From NCBI GenBank assembly GCA_934434555.1, contig CAKRZX010000013.1, forward strand, positions 608-64,607: a stretch of DNA of 64,000 bases. Reading direction: 5' to 3'. Below, piece after piece: positions 32,619 to 42,227 of this stretch. A model generated the notes under the pieces. The model had not been told where the DNA came from. It searched no databases and saw only the letters and a list, made by a program, of their open reading frames with translations. This DNA is from an uncultured Clostridia bacterium (GTDB lineage: Bacteria; Bacillota; Clostridia; Christensenellales; QALW01). A program made the translations under genes and the position numbers. Numbering within the stretch: position 1 is the stretch's first letter; each line of letters begins with the position of its first letter.

Positions 32619-35123
32619 ATGGATTTGAGAATTGCCCTTGCAGGCAACCCGAACAGCGGTAAAACAACACTGTTCAACGCTCTTACCGGAAGCAACCAGT
32701 TTGTAGGTAACTGGCCCGGCGTTACGGTAGAGAAAAAGGAAGGTAAATTAAAGAAACACGAAGGCGTTATTGTAACCGACCTTCCCGGTATTTATTCGCT
32801 TTCGCCCTATACTCTTGAAGAGGTTGTGGCAAGAAACTATCTTATAGGCGAGCGCCCTGATGTTATCCTTAATATCATCGACGGTACGAACCTTGAAAGA
32901 AACCTGTATCTTACCACCCAGCTTACCGAACTCGGTATTCCGGTAGTAGTTGCAATCAACATGATGGATATCGTTAAGAAAAACGGCGATAAAATCAACG
33001 TTGACGAACTTTCCCGTCAGCTTGGATGCAAAGTAGTTGAGATATCGGCACTTAAAGGCACGGGCATTATGGAGGCTGCCGAGGCGGCTATAAGCGCGGC
33101 AAAAGGCACAAAAACCATTCCGCAGCATTCATTCTCTGGCAGCGTTGAACACGCTATTGCTCATATTGAGGAAGCGGCGGTTCATTCAATGCCGGAAGAG
33201 CAGCAGCGTTGGTACGCTATCAAGATTTTTGAGCGTGACGACAAAGTGCTTGAAAAACTTAACATAAGCAAAGAGACCCTTGACCATATCGAAAACGATA
33301 TCAAGGCAGTTGAAGCCGAAATGGATGACGATTCGGAATCCATTATCACCAACGAGAGATACATCTATATCGGCGGTGTTATCAAGGCTTGTTACAAGAA
33401 GAAAGAAGCCGGAAAACTTTCGACTTCCGATAAGATTGATAAAATCGTTACAAACCGTTGGCTCGGACTTCCCATTTTCGCGGTTGTTATGTTCCTCGTT
33501 TACTACATAGCAATGGTAACCGTAGGTTCTGCGGCGACCGATTGGGTTAATGACGGCGTGTTCGGCGACGGCTGGCATCTGTTGGGCATAGGAAGTAAGC
33601 AGTATAACGAGCTTAATGACGAATATACCGATGCGCTTAACGCCATAAACGGCTTTGTTAAGGTTGACCCGGAAGCAGAGGACTTTGATGCGGCGGCGGC
33701 ACTTGAAACGATCAAAAATTTCAAAACCGAAGAGAAAACCGGCACCGTTACGGTAGAAGATGAAGAAACTCTTGCCGAAACGGAAATGACCGTTTATTAT
33801 AATGCAATACCCGATGATGCCGATGAAGAAACAACAATCGGTATAACGTATGTTGATGCGGTTAAGTACTTTGAAAAAAACACAGAGTTTGCGGCGCCTG
33901 ACCCGGCTGATTACGGCGTTTGGGTACCCTCAATACCTGAATTGGTAGGCACGGGACTTGAAAATGCGGGTGCGGCAGATTGGCTTTCGGGACTTATCAA
34001 TGACGGTATCGTTGCCGGTGTGGGCGCGGTTCTCGGATTCGTTCCTCAGATGCTTGTTCTGTTCTTACTGCTTGCTTTCCTTGAATCCTGCGGTTATATG
34101 GCACGTATCGCATTCGTGCTTGACAGGGTGTTCCGTAAGTTCGGCCTTTCGGGTAAATCGTTCATTCCTATGCTTATCGGCGTAGGCTGCGGCGTTCCCG
34201 GTGTTATGGCTTCGCGTACCATTGAAAATGAACGCGACAGGCGTATGACAATAATGACAACAACATTCATTCCCTGCGGCGCAAAGGTTCCCTTTATCGG
34301 TATGATTGCCGGTGCTATCTTCGGCGGCAGCGCATGGGTTGCAACAAGCGCATACTTCATCGGTATGGCTGCAATAATCGTTTCGGGCATTATGCTTAAA
34401 AAGACGAAAATGTTTGCCGGCGACCCCGCTCCTTTCGTTATGGAACTTCCTGCATACCACCTGCCCACAGTCGGCAATCTGCTTCGCTCAATGTGGGAGC
34501 GCGGCTGGTCGTTCATAAAGAAAGCGGGCACCATAATCCTTCTTTCAACAATCCTTGTTTGGTTCACCACTTACTTCGGTTGGGTTGACGGTGCATTCGG
34601 AATGCTTACCGAAGAACAGATTGACTACTCGATTCTTGCAAAAATCGGTAACGCCATTGCCTGGATATTCAAGCCCCTGGGCTGGGGCAACTGGCAGGCA
34701 ACCGTTGCATCTATTACGGGTCTTGTTGCAAAGGAAAACATCGTAGGTACATTGGGTATCCTTTACGGCGGCGGCGACGCAAGCGTTTACACTGCAATCG
34801 CGGCGGCGTTTACGGGAATCACGGGCTATTCGTTCCTGGTATTCAACCTGCTGTGCGCACCCTGCTTCGCGGCTATCGGTGCTATCAAGCGTGAAATGAA
34901 CAACGCAAAGTGGACCTGGTTCGCAATTGCATATCAGTGCGGATTTGCTTACTGCATCGCGCTTATGGTTAACCAGTTCGGCAATCTGTTCACAGGCAAT
35001 GTTCAGGGCGCAGGCGGAGTGATAGGTGTTGTTGCGGCATTTGTAATCCTTGCCGGAATGGTATATATGCTTGTTCGCCCCTATAAAGAAGCAACAAAAC
35101 TTGAAACGAAAGTTAAAGTATAA
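32619..35123 (+). CDS. feoB: Ferrous iron transporter FeoB
   Basis: N-terminal G-domain (GNPNSGKTTLFNALTG, DLPGIYSL) followed by a polytopic permease. The ATG at 32619 lies 8 nt after GAAGAGAGG. Confidence 0.95.
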   Translation: MDLRIALAGNPNSGKTTLFNALTGSNQFVGNWPGVTVEKKEGKLKKHEGVIVTDLPGIYSLSPYTLEEVVARNYLIGERPDVILNIIDGTNLERNLYLTTQLTELGIPVVVAINMMDIVKKNGDKINVDELSRQLGCKVVEISALKGTGIMEAAEAAISAAKGTKTIPQHSFSGSVEHAIAHIEEAAVHSMPEEQQRWYAIKIFERDDKVLEKLNISKETLDHIENDIKAVEAEMDDDSESIITNERYIYIGGVIKACYKKKEAGKLSTSDKIDKIVTNRWLGLPIFAVVMFLVYYIAMVTVGSAATDWVNDGVFGDGWHLLGIGSKQYNELNDEYTDALNAINGFVKVDPEAEDFDAAAALETIKNFKTEEKTGTVTVEDEETLAETEMTVYYNAIPDDADEETTIGITYVDAVKYFEKNTEFAAPDPADYGVWVPSIPELVGTGLENAGAADWLSGLINDGIVAGVGAVLGFVPQMLVLFLLLAFLESCGYMARIAFVLDRVFRKFGLSGKSFIPMLIGVGCGVPGVMASRTIENERDRRMTIMTTTFIPCGAKVPFIGMIAGAIFGGSAWVATSAYFIGMAAIIVSGIMLKKTKMFAGDPAPFVMELPAYHLPTVGNLLRSMWERGWSFIKKAGTIILLSTILVWFTTYFGWVDGAFGMLTEEQIDYSILAKIGNAIAWIFKPLGWGNWQATVASITGLVAKENIVGTLGILYGGGDASVYTAIAAAFTGITGYSFLVFNLLCAPCFAAIGAIKREMNNAKWTWFAIAYQCGFAYCIALMVNQFGNLFTGNVQGAGGVIGVVAAFVILAGMVYMLVRPYKEATKLETKVKV

Positions 35124-35146
35124 TCAACAAAAAAGGAGTCGGTGTT

Positions 35147-35320
35147 ATGCTTACATGGATTAAAGCCAATCTTGCAACTGTAATAATCACGGCGGTACTG
35201 CTTGTGATTGTGGCGGCAATAATAGTCAGCATAGTAAAGGATAAAAGGCGCGGAAAATCGTCCTGCGGGTGCAAATGCGCATCCTGCCCGATGAGCGGCT
35301 CCTGCCATAATAAAAAGTAA
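35147..35320 (+). CDS. FeoB-associated Cys-rich membrane protein (57 aa)
   Basis: RBS AAAGGAG. One TM helix followed by SSCGCKCASCPMSGSCH. It is below the ORF-track cutoff. Confidence 0.7.
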   Translation: MLTWIKANLATVIITAVLLVIVAAIIVSIVKDKRRGKSSCGCKCASCPMSGSCHNKK

Positions 35321-35398
35321 TGTCAAGAGGGAACGCCGTAAAAAGGCGTTTCCTCTTTGCTTTCTTCGGTACTGAAAATAAAAAAAGGAGACAATAAA

Positions 35399-36100
35399 AT
35401 GGCAATAGCGGAATTCAAAAATGTCAGCCGCATTTACACAAGCGGCGACCATGAGTTAAAGGCTCTTGACAACGTTAATCTTACCCTTGACGAGGGAAAA
35501 TTCATAGTTATCTTAGGTCCCAGCGGAGCGGGAAAAAGCACACTGCTTAATATGCTGGGCGGACTTGACAGCCCCACAAGCGGAACCATCACGGTAGAGG
35601 GAAAGGACATATCCAAACTTTCCGACGATGAACTTGCCGATTACCGCGCCGAGAAAGTGGGCTTTGTATTTCAGTTTTACAATCTTGTGCCTACTCTTAC
35701 CGTGCACGAAAACGTTGCCCTTGTAAAGGAGATTTCCAAAAATTCACTTTCGGCAACAAAAATGATTGAAGAGGTGGGCTTGGGCGACCACGCAAAAAAT
35801 TTCCCCGCGGAACTTTCGGGCGGCGAACAGCAAAGGGTGTCAATTGCTCGCGCTCTGGCAAAGAATCCTAAAATTCTGCTTTGCGACGAACCTACCGGTG
35901 CTCTTGATTCCGAAACGGGCGTAATGGTGCTTAAACTTCTGTTGAAAATGGCGCGGGATTACGGCAAAACCATCGTAATAGTAACGCACAATCAGAATAT
36001 TGCCCGTATGGCGGACGTTGTAATCAGGGTAAAGAACGGAAAAATAGTTTCCTGCGAATCACAGGAGAATCCCGCTTCCGCCGACGAGATAGACTGGTAA
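35399..36100 (+). CDS. ABC transporter ATP-binding protein (MacB/LolD-like)
   Basis: Walker [10 protein letters not shown], signature LSGGEQQRV and Walker [12 protein letters not shown]. The ATG at 35399 follows AAAGGAG. Confidence 0.9.
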   Translation: MAIAEFKNVSRIYTSGDHELKALDNVNLTLDEGKFIVILGPSGAGKSTLLNMLGGLDSPTSGTITVEGKDISKLSDDELADYRAEKVGFVFQFYNLVPTLTVHENVALVKEISKNSLSATKMIEEVGLGDHAKNFPAELSGGEQQRVSIARALAKNPKILLCDEPTGALDSETGVMVLKLLLKMARDYGKTIVIVTHNQNIARMADVVIRVKNGKIVSCESQENPASADEIDW

Positions 36101-36110
36101 GGAGGCTCAT

Positions 36111-38390
36111 ATGCTTTTCAAAAAGATGTGGAGAACCATGGGGCTTTACAAGGCGCAGTTTATTTCTATGATAATAATGATTTTTCTTGGGACGGGTATT
36201 TTCGTCGGATTCAATATGGAATGGGTCAGCATAGATGAAAATATGAACGCATTCTTTTCCGAAACGGGATATGCCGATTTCAGGATTGTTTCCGAAAAAG
36301 GATTTTCTTCAAGCGACGCCGAAAAAATAGCATCCATATCCGGTGTGGACGAGGTTTCACGGTACGTATCGGTAAACGCCGATGTTAAAGGCTTTGACGG
36401 CGACAGCGTTGCCCTGACCGTTACCGAAAACGAAAAAGTTTCGGGAATGTATTACGTTTCGGGCGAAAAGTATGATAAGGACAGCAAGGACGGCGTATGG
36501 ATTTCGGATAAATATGCAAACGCCAACGGAATAAAGGAAGGCGACGGCATAACCTTTACCTATAAGGGAATTGAAATTTCAGGTACGGTAAAGGGCTTTG
36601 TAAAGGCAGGCGAATACATGATTTGCGTTCGCGATGAATCGCAAATTATGCCCGACTTCAACACTTACGGCTTTGCGTTTATTTCACCGGTAATGTACAA
36701 AGAGGCGCTTAAAGCGGATTTTTATCCGCAGATAAACGTTATTTCCGACCTTACCAAAAAGGATTTTACCGAGGAGGCGGACAAAAAACTTGAAAACACG
36801 GTAATGATACTTACAAAGGACGAAAGCGCCGCATATTCGGCTGCAAGCGGCGAAATAACCGAAGGACGCACGATGGGCGCAATAATGCCCACGATATTCC
36901 TGCTTATTGTCGTGCTCACTATGGTAACAACAATGCATCGTTTGTGCGCAAAGGAAAAAACGCAGATAGGCACTCTTAAAGCGCTTGGATTTAAGAACAG
37001 GCGAATTTTACTGCACTACACAAGTTATGCTTTTATGATAGGCGTTATCGGTTCGGCGCTGGGTATTATTCTGGGATATGCCGTTGCCTGGTATATTATG
37101 AATCCCAACGGTATGATGGGAACTTATATGGACCTGCCGTACTGGAAACTTAACCTGCCGCTGTTCTGCTGCATAGTGCTTCTTTTAATAATCGCGGCAC
37201 TTACGCTTATAGGATTTTTGTCGGTAAAATCAATGCTTGCGGGTACTGCTGCCGACGCGTTAAGACCCTATTCACCCAAAAAAGTAAAGCCTATGCTTAT
37301 TGAAAAAACAAAAATGTTTCACAAACTTTCATTCGGCGTAAGGTGGAATATGCGCGATATTTTAAGGCATAAATCCCGCACGGCAATGAGCCTTATAGGA
37401 ATTATCGGCTGTACGCTTATCGTTGTGGCGGCTCTGGGTATGCGCGACACAATGGATTCGTTTCTGAATACGTATTATAACGGTGCGTTGGGATATTCTT
37501 CAAGAATATATATTTCCGAGGACGCAACCGACGGGGACAGGGAAAGACTTATTGAAAAATATGACGGCGATACCGGGGCGACCGTAAGCGTTCAGATTGA
37601 AGATAAGGCGGTTTCTCTTGAAATCTACGACCTTAAAAACAATCTTGTTCGTTTCCCCGACGGAAAAAAAGGGTATGCGGAAATCAAGTCCGACGGCGCG
37701 TATATCTGCCAAAGAATTGCGGACGAATTCAAACTTAAACAGGGCGACACGTTCGTTATCAGCCCCTACGGCACGGATAAAGAATATACGCTGAAAGTTG
37801 CGGGCGTTATCCGCTCTGTTTCTGAAAGCGTTGTCGTTAATACCGAATATGCCGACAAGGCAGGAATTGAATATAAAACAACGTCGATTTTCACCAAAAC
37901 CGAGAAAGCCGACATTGCGTCGGATTCGGCGATAAAAAGCATACAGTCAAAACAGATGATTATCGATTCCTTTGACGTGTTTACTCAAATGCTTTCAAGT
38001 TCGGTGCTTCTGCTTGTGGGCGGTGCGCTGTTTTTGGGCATTGTGGTGCTTTATAACCTGGGCGTTATGAGTTACACCGAACGCTATCGCGAAATGGCGA
38101 CTCTTAAAGTTGTGGGATTCAGGAATAAGAAAATAGGTGCGCTTTTAACGCAGCAGAATATGTGGCTCACGCTTACAGGCGTAATAATCGGTATACCCGC
38201 AGGTGCGGGAGCGCTTAAATATCTTCTTGTTTCCCTTGCGGGCGAGTACGAAATGACTATGGTTTTGGGCTGGAAAACGTACGTTATAAGCGTGGCGCTT
38301 ACGTTCGGTATGTCATTGCTTGTAAGTTTTCTTGTTGCAGGAAAAAACAAAAAAATCAATATGGCGGAGGCGCTGAAATGTGCCGAGTAG
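36111..38390 (+). CDS. FtsX-like ABC transporter permease (duplicated 4-TM module)
   Basis: 759 aa with two extracytoplasmic domains, each followed by TM bundles. It is adjacent to the ATPase. Confidence 0.8.
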   Translation: MLFKKMWRTMGLYKAQFISMIIMIFLGTGIFVGFNMEWVSIDENMNAFFSETGYADFRIVSEKGFSSSDAEKIASISGVDEVSRYVSVNADVKGFDGDSVALTVTENEKVSGMYYVSGEKYDKDSKDGVWISDKYANANGIKEGDGITFTYKGIEISGTVKGFVKAGEYMICVRDESQIMPDFNTYGFAFISPVMYKEALKADFYPQINVISDLTKKDFTEEADKKLENTVMILTKDESAAYSAASGEITEGRTMGAIMPTIFLLIVVLTMVTTMHRLCAKEKTQIGTLKALGFKNRRILLHYTSYAFMIGVIGSALGIILGYAVAWYIMNPNGMMGTYMDLPYWKLNLPLFCCIVLLLIIAALTLIGFLSVKSMLAGTAADALRPYSPKKVKPMLIEKTKMFHKLSFGVRWNMRDILRHKSRTAMSLIGIIGCTLIVVAALGMRDTMDSFLNTYYNGALGYSSRIYISEDATDGDRERLIEKYDGDTGATVSVQIEDKAVSLEIYDLKNNLVRFPDGKKGYAEIKSDGAYICQRIADEFKLKQGDTFVISPYGTDKEYTLKVAGVIRSVSESVVVNTEYADKAGIEYKTTSIFTKTEKADIASDSAIKSIQSKQMIIDSFDVFTQMLSSSVLLLVGGALFLGIVVLYNLGVMSYTERYREMATLKVVGFRNKKIGALLTQQNMWLTLTGVIIGIPAGAGALKYLLVSLAGEYEMTMVLGWKTYVISVALTFGMSLLVSFLVAGKNKKINMAEALKCAE

Positions 38391-38420
38391 GCGGAACGCA
38401 AGAAAATCAGGGAGGAAAAT

Positions 38421-38684
38421 ATGATTAAAACAACACTTAAAATTGACGGAATGATGTGCGGTATGTGCGAAAGCCACATAAACGACGCCATGCGCGCACG
38501 CTTTAACGTAAAAAAGGTTTCGTCGTCAAAGGCAAAAGGCGAAACGGTAATTCTGTCGGAAGATTCTCTTGACGAAGAGCAGATAAAAAAGGTAATAGGC
38601 GATACGGGTTACGAACTTAAAGGAATCCGAAGCGAGCCCTATGAAAAGAAATTTTTGGGACTTTTCAAGAAAAATGAGCGATAA
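38421..38684 (+). CDS. Heavy-metal-associated (HMA) domain protein
   Basis: LKIDGMMCGMCESHIN is the M-x-C-x-x-C metal-binding motif. Confidence 0.75.
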   Translation: MIKTTLKIDGMMCGMCESHINDAMRARFNVKKVSSSKAKGETVILSEDSLDEEQIKKVIGDTGYELKGIRSEPYEKKFLGLFKKNER

Positions 38685-39513
38685 AATCAAACGCGTCTGT
38701 CATAAGGTGTTTGAGGGCTGCGAGATAATCTATACCGAAATCAACGGCGCGTCAAGTTTAGTGCGAAGCGAAGAAAACGCGATGTACATAAACTACTGCC
38801 GCAAGGGGCGTACGGAATATAATGTGGACGGTCGGTTCGTTACGCTTGCACCGGGAGATATGGCAATATCTTTCGGCAGTGTGGGTACCGACTGGTTTCC
38901 CCTTAAAAAGTATTCGGGACTTACGGTAAAAATCGACGCGGATAAAATGCCCGAAAACCTGATTCAGATACTTCAAGACGTGAATGTTTCGCCAAAAAAA
39001 CTTTATGAAAAGTTTCTTAAAAGCGGCGGGTACGCGGCAAAGTCGGGCACAAACACGGAACATATTTTTTCCGAACTCTATTCTGTTCCCGAAAACATAA
39101 AAAAAGGATATTTCAAGGTTAAAATACTTGAACTTATGCTTATTTTAAGCACCGTTGAACCCGAAAACGATGAAGAGAAGTTTGTTTCCGCGCGGCAGAT
39201 TGAACTTGCAAAGAACATAAAGGAATATCTGCAAGAGAATATTTCGCGGCGGGTTACGGCAGAGGAGTTGGCAAAGAAATTCAACCTGTCGTTAACGGGG
39301 ATAAAGCAGACGTTCAGAACCGTTTACGGCGTGCCGCTTTACTGCTTTCAGCGCAGTGAAAAAATGCGTGAGGCGGCGCGGCTGCTTAAAGAAACGGATA
39401 AGAGCGTTATTGACGTTGCCGGCAGTGTGGGTTATGACAACGCCTCGAAATTTGCCTGTGCGTTCAGGCAGTGTATGGGCGTATCTCCCGCAAAGTACAG
39501 AACCCGCTCTTAA
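38674..39513 (+). CDS. AraC family transcriptional regulator
   Basis: C-terminal dual HTH (ITAEELAKKFNLSLTGIKQTFR..., IDVAGSVGYDNASKFACAFRQCMGVSPAKYR). Confidence 0.8.
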   Translation: MSDKIKRVCHKVFEGCEIIYTEINGASSLVRSEENAMYINYCRKGRTEYNVDGRFVTLAPGDMAISFGSVGTDWFPLKKYSGLTVKIDADKMPENLIQILQDVNVSPKKLYEKFLKSGGYAAKSGTNTEHIFSELYSVPENIKKGYFKVKILELMLILSTVEPENDEEKFVSARQIELAKNIKEYLQENISRRVTAEELAKKFNLSLTGIKQTFRTVYGVPLYCFQRSEKMREAARLLKETDKSVIDVAGSVGYDNASKFACAFRQCMGVSPAKYRTRS

Positions 39514-39637
39514 AAAACGCATTTTCAGATGTTCCGGAAAAGAATTTGCTTTTTCGGAGCATTTTTTTGTCTTTTCGGAGCGGACAAAAATTTCGGGCGG
39601 TGATAATATAAACGCATAAAAGATTGATTTATTCGTC

Positions 39638-39655
39638 AGTTAGCATATGCTAACT
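39638..39655 (+). promoter_or_regulatory. Fourth copy of the rGTTAGC-N4-GCTAACy operator
   Basis: AGTTAGCATATGCTAACT is a perfect palindrome 15 nt upstream of the DUF2325 start. Confidence 0.65.
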
Positions 39656-39669
39656 AAAAAGGAGAGGTT

Positions 39670-40233
39670 ATGAGCGTTGTTATTGTAGGCGGCAATGAAT
39701 GTATGGTAAAACGCTATGAGGATTTATGTAAATCGTATTCGTGCAAGGCGAAAGTTTTCGTCAAACAGGACAGGGGCATACAGAATTTCGGAAATCCTGA
39801 TCTTATGCATAAGAAAACCGAACTCCTGACGGTTTTAACGGACATATTTTCGCCGGATACTGCGGCAGACGGTTTGGAAATATGCCCGATATTACCTTCA
39901 CCGTCTTTCTTGTCCCGACAAAAATCTGTTCCGTTAAAACTGCGCGCACCGAAAACGGATTATTTTTGTCGAGATTCGTTGAGGACGACGCGGGAATACC
40001 GGGCGTATTTCAAGGAGGACGAAACGGAATATCGGCAAAAAGAACCGCTTTCGGCGTCAGGGTTCGGTTCTCTTATGCATATAGTTTTCTTTACCGACAC
40101 AATGTCGCACAAAATGCTTAACACGGTATCGCAGCAGGCAAAAAAGAAACAGATAAGGGTTGCCCACTGCCGCACGGGTTCAATGTCTGCCCTTAAAGGC
40201 GTGCTTGATTCGCACATTGCGCAAGGCGGCTGA
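39670..40233 (+). CDS. DUF2325-like protein carrying a 90-codon in-frame insertion
   Basis: The N-terminal MSVVIVGGNECMVKRYEDLCKSYSCKAKVF..GNPDL and the C-terminal IVFFTDTMSHKM..CRTGSMSALKGVL match my recollection of a ~100-aa family. The middle 90 aa are unrelated and are bounded by an 11-bp direct repeat. Confidence 0.6.
   Translation: MSVVIVGGNECMVKRYEDLCKSYSCKAKVFVKQDRGIQNFGNPDLMHKKTELLTVLTDIFSPDTAADGLEICPILPSPSFLSRQKSVPLKLRAPKTDYFCRDSLRTTREYRAYFKEDETEYRQKEPLSASGFGSLMHIVFFTDTMSHKMLNTVSQQAKKKQIRVAHCRTGSMSALKGVLDSHIAQGG
39812..40070. mobile_element. MITE-like 259-bp insertion
   Basis: It is flanked by the direct repeat TCTTATGCATA (39801-39811 and 40071-40081). The terminal inverted repeats are AACCGAACTCCTGACG and CGTCAGGGTTCGGTT. 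Confidence 0.55.
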
Positions 40234-40239
40234 TACATT

Positions 40240-40794
40240 ATGTTTGAACAGATAATGATAGAGCAGTGTTCGCCCACTATGGCGGGACTTAAAACGGGAA
40301 ATCTGTTTACGTGTCCGTATGAAAACAAGTGCGAACTGAACTGCAACATACGCAAACTGAATATGCTTGCCGTGCCTAAGGGGGTAAGAATTGTTCCGTT
40401 GAAGTTTTCAAAAGAACGGGCACTTATATATATGTACCGGCCCGAAAAACTTAAAGCGGATTTAAGCGATTCGGAGGCGGAATCCATACTTAAAGATATG
40501 GATTATCCTATAAAGAACGCCGAGGAGTGCATAGTAAAACTTGTACACAGGCTTGAAGACGAAAATTCTTTTCCCCACGAAATAGGTCTGTTTTTGGGCT
40601 ACCCGCCCGAGGACGTTTCGGGATTTATAGAAAAAGGCGCGCGGGGAGCAAAATGCGTGGGCAACTGGTGCGTTTTCGGCGACGAAAAAAAGGCGCTTGA
40701 AAAATTCGCCCTTTATAAAAAATGCACGTCGCTTTACAAAAAAGCGTACTGCAAATTCAATTCGATAGACCGGCTGATAGTCAGCGGTACATAA
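40240..40794 (+). CDS. DUF3793 family protein
   Basis: CSPTMAGLKTGNLF...FPHEIGLFLGYPPEDV..F is the pattern I recall for this family. It sits between DUF2325 and flavodoxin, an arrangement I recall as conserved in Clostridia. Confidence 0.7.
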   Translation: MFEQIMIEQCSPTMAGLKTGNLFTCPYENKCELNCNIRKLNMLAVPKGVRIVPLKFSKERALIYMYRPEKLKADLSDSEAESILKDMDYPIKNAEECIVKLVHRLEDENSFPHEIGLFLGYPPEDVSGFIEKGARGAKCVGNWCVFGDEKKALEKFALYKKCTSLYKKAYCKFNSIDRLIVSGT

Positions 40795-40811
40795 ATAAGG
40801 AGGATATTATA

Positions 40812-41234
40812 ATGAAAAAAATCGCAATAGTTTATTGGAGCGGTACGGGAAACACCGAGGCAATGGCAAACGCCGTAAAGGACGGCGCGGAGAGCAAAGG
40901 CGCAGAGGTAACGATGCTTACCGCAGCGGAATTTGACGCATCTTTGATTGATTCTTTTGATGCGTTTGCGTTCGGCTGCCCCTCAATGGGTGCGGAGCAG
41001 CTTGAAGAGAGTGAGTTTGAGCCGATGTTTTCATCAGTTGAAGATAAACTTTCAGGTAAAAACATTGCTCTGTTCGGCTCTTACGGTTGGGGTGACGGAC
41101 AGTGGATGCGCGATTGGGAAGAAAGATGCGTTTCCGCAGGCGCAAAACTCGTTTGCGACAGCGTAATCTGCAACAGCACTCCCGACGATGAAGCAACGGT
41201 AAACTGCAACGCTCTCGGCGCGGCTTTGGCGTAA
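40812..41234 (+). CDS. Flavodoxin (short-chain)
   Basis: IAIVYWSGTGNTEAMA FMN-binding loop and GSYGWGDG. RBS AAGGAGG. Confidence 0.9.
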   Translation: MKKIAIVYWSGTGNTEAMANAVKDGAESKGAEVTMLTAAEFDASLIDSFDAFAFGCPSMGAEQLEESEFEPMFSSVEDKLSGKNIALFGSYGWGDGQWMRDWEERCVSAGAKLVCDSVICNSTPDDEATVNCNALGAALA

Positions 41235-41253
41235 AAGACAATGAAAAAATTGA

Positions 41254-41290
41254 AATCGGCTCACTGCGAGCCGATTTTTTTTACCTACAA
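41254..41290 (+). terminator. Terminator after the flavodoxin gene
   Basis: AATCGGCTC-N4-GAGCCGATT followed by TTTTTT. Confidence 0.75.
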
Positions 41291-41368
41291 TTAACATACA
41301 TCTGCTTTTGCAATTAACATACACTATGGTAAAATCAAGGCGTAAAAAATAAAAGGAGATGAAAATCA

Positions 41369-42226
41369 ATGAAAAAGTTTTTAGGAATTGCAGTTGCGGC
41401 GTGCCTTATGGCGGCGTGCTTCGCAGGCTGCGGAACAACAGCCAACAAGGGTGGCGCGAACGCCACAAACAAGCCGGGAAACGAAGCGGTAAGCGGAACG
41501 GTTTCCACCGACGGGTCAACCTCAATGGAGAAAGTAATCAAGTATTTAAGCGAAAGTTACTCCGAAGAGAACAAGAACGTAAAAATCACTTATAACCCCA
41601 CGGGTTCGGGCTCGGGAATCACCGCGGTTTCAGAGGGAAGATGCGATATCGGACTTTCAAGCCGCGACCTTAAAGACGAAGAAAAGCAGTCCGGACTTAA
41701 AGGCACGGTTGTTGCCCTTGACGGCATCGCAATAGTGGTAAACCCGGAAAACACCGTTGAGGACCTTACGGTTGAACAGATTGCCGACCTTTACACCGGC
41801 AAAATAACAAACTGGAAAGACGTAGGCGGCAAAGATGCACCGGTAGTGCTTATCGGCAGAGAAGCGGCATCAGGCACCCGCGACGGCTTTGAATCCATTA
41901 CAAAGACAAAGGATTCCTGCAAATACTCACAGGAACTTTCGTCAACGGGCGATGTAATTCAGACCGTTGCATCAAACCCAAACGCAATCGGATATGCGTC
42001 CCTTGCATCGGTAAAAGAAACGGTAAAGGCAATAAAAGTAAACTCGGTTGCACCCTCGACCGCCACCGTTCAGGACGGCACGTACAAGATTCAGCGTGAC
42101 TTCGTGTTCGTAACAAAAGAGGGCAAGGAACTTTCCAAAGCGGCTCAGGCATTCTTTGACTGGGTAGTAAGCGGCAAAGCCGACAGTTTAATAGAAAAGG
42201 CGGGCGCAGTGCCTGTATCAAGGTAA
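41369..42226 (+). CDS. pstS: Phosphate ABC transporter substrate-binding lipoprotein PstS
   Basis: Lipobox FAGC. GSGSG and ASGTRD motifs are present. It is the first gene of the pstSCAB-phoU order. Confidence 0.9.
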   Translation: MKKFLGIAVAACLMAACFAGCGTTANKGGANATNKPGNEAVSGTVSTDGSTSMEKVIKYLSESYSEENKNVKITYNPTGSGSGITAVSEGRCDIGLSSRDLKDEEKQSGLKGTVVALDGIAIVVNPENTVEDLTVEQIADLYTGKITNWKDVGGKDAPVVLIGREAASGTRDGFESITKTKDSCKYSQELSSTGDVIQTVASNPNAIGYASLASVKETVKAIKVNSVAPSTATVQDGTYKIQRDFVFVTKEGKELSKAAQAFFDWVVSGKADSLIEKAGAVPVSR

Positions 42227-42227
42227 A

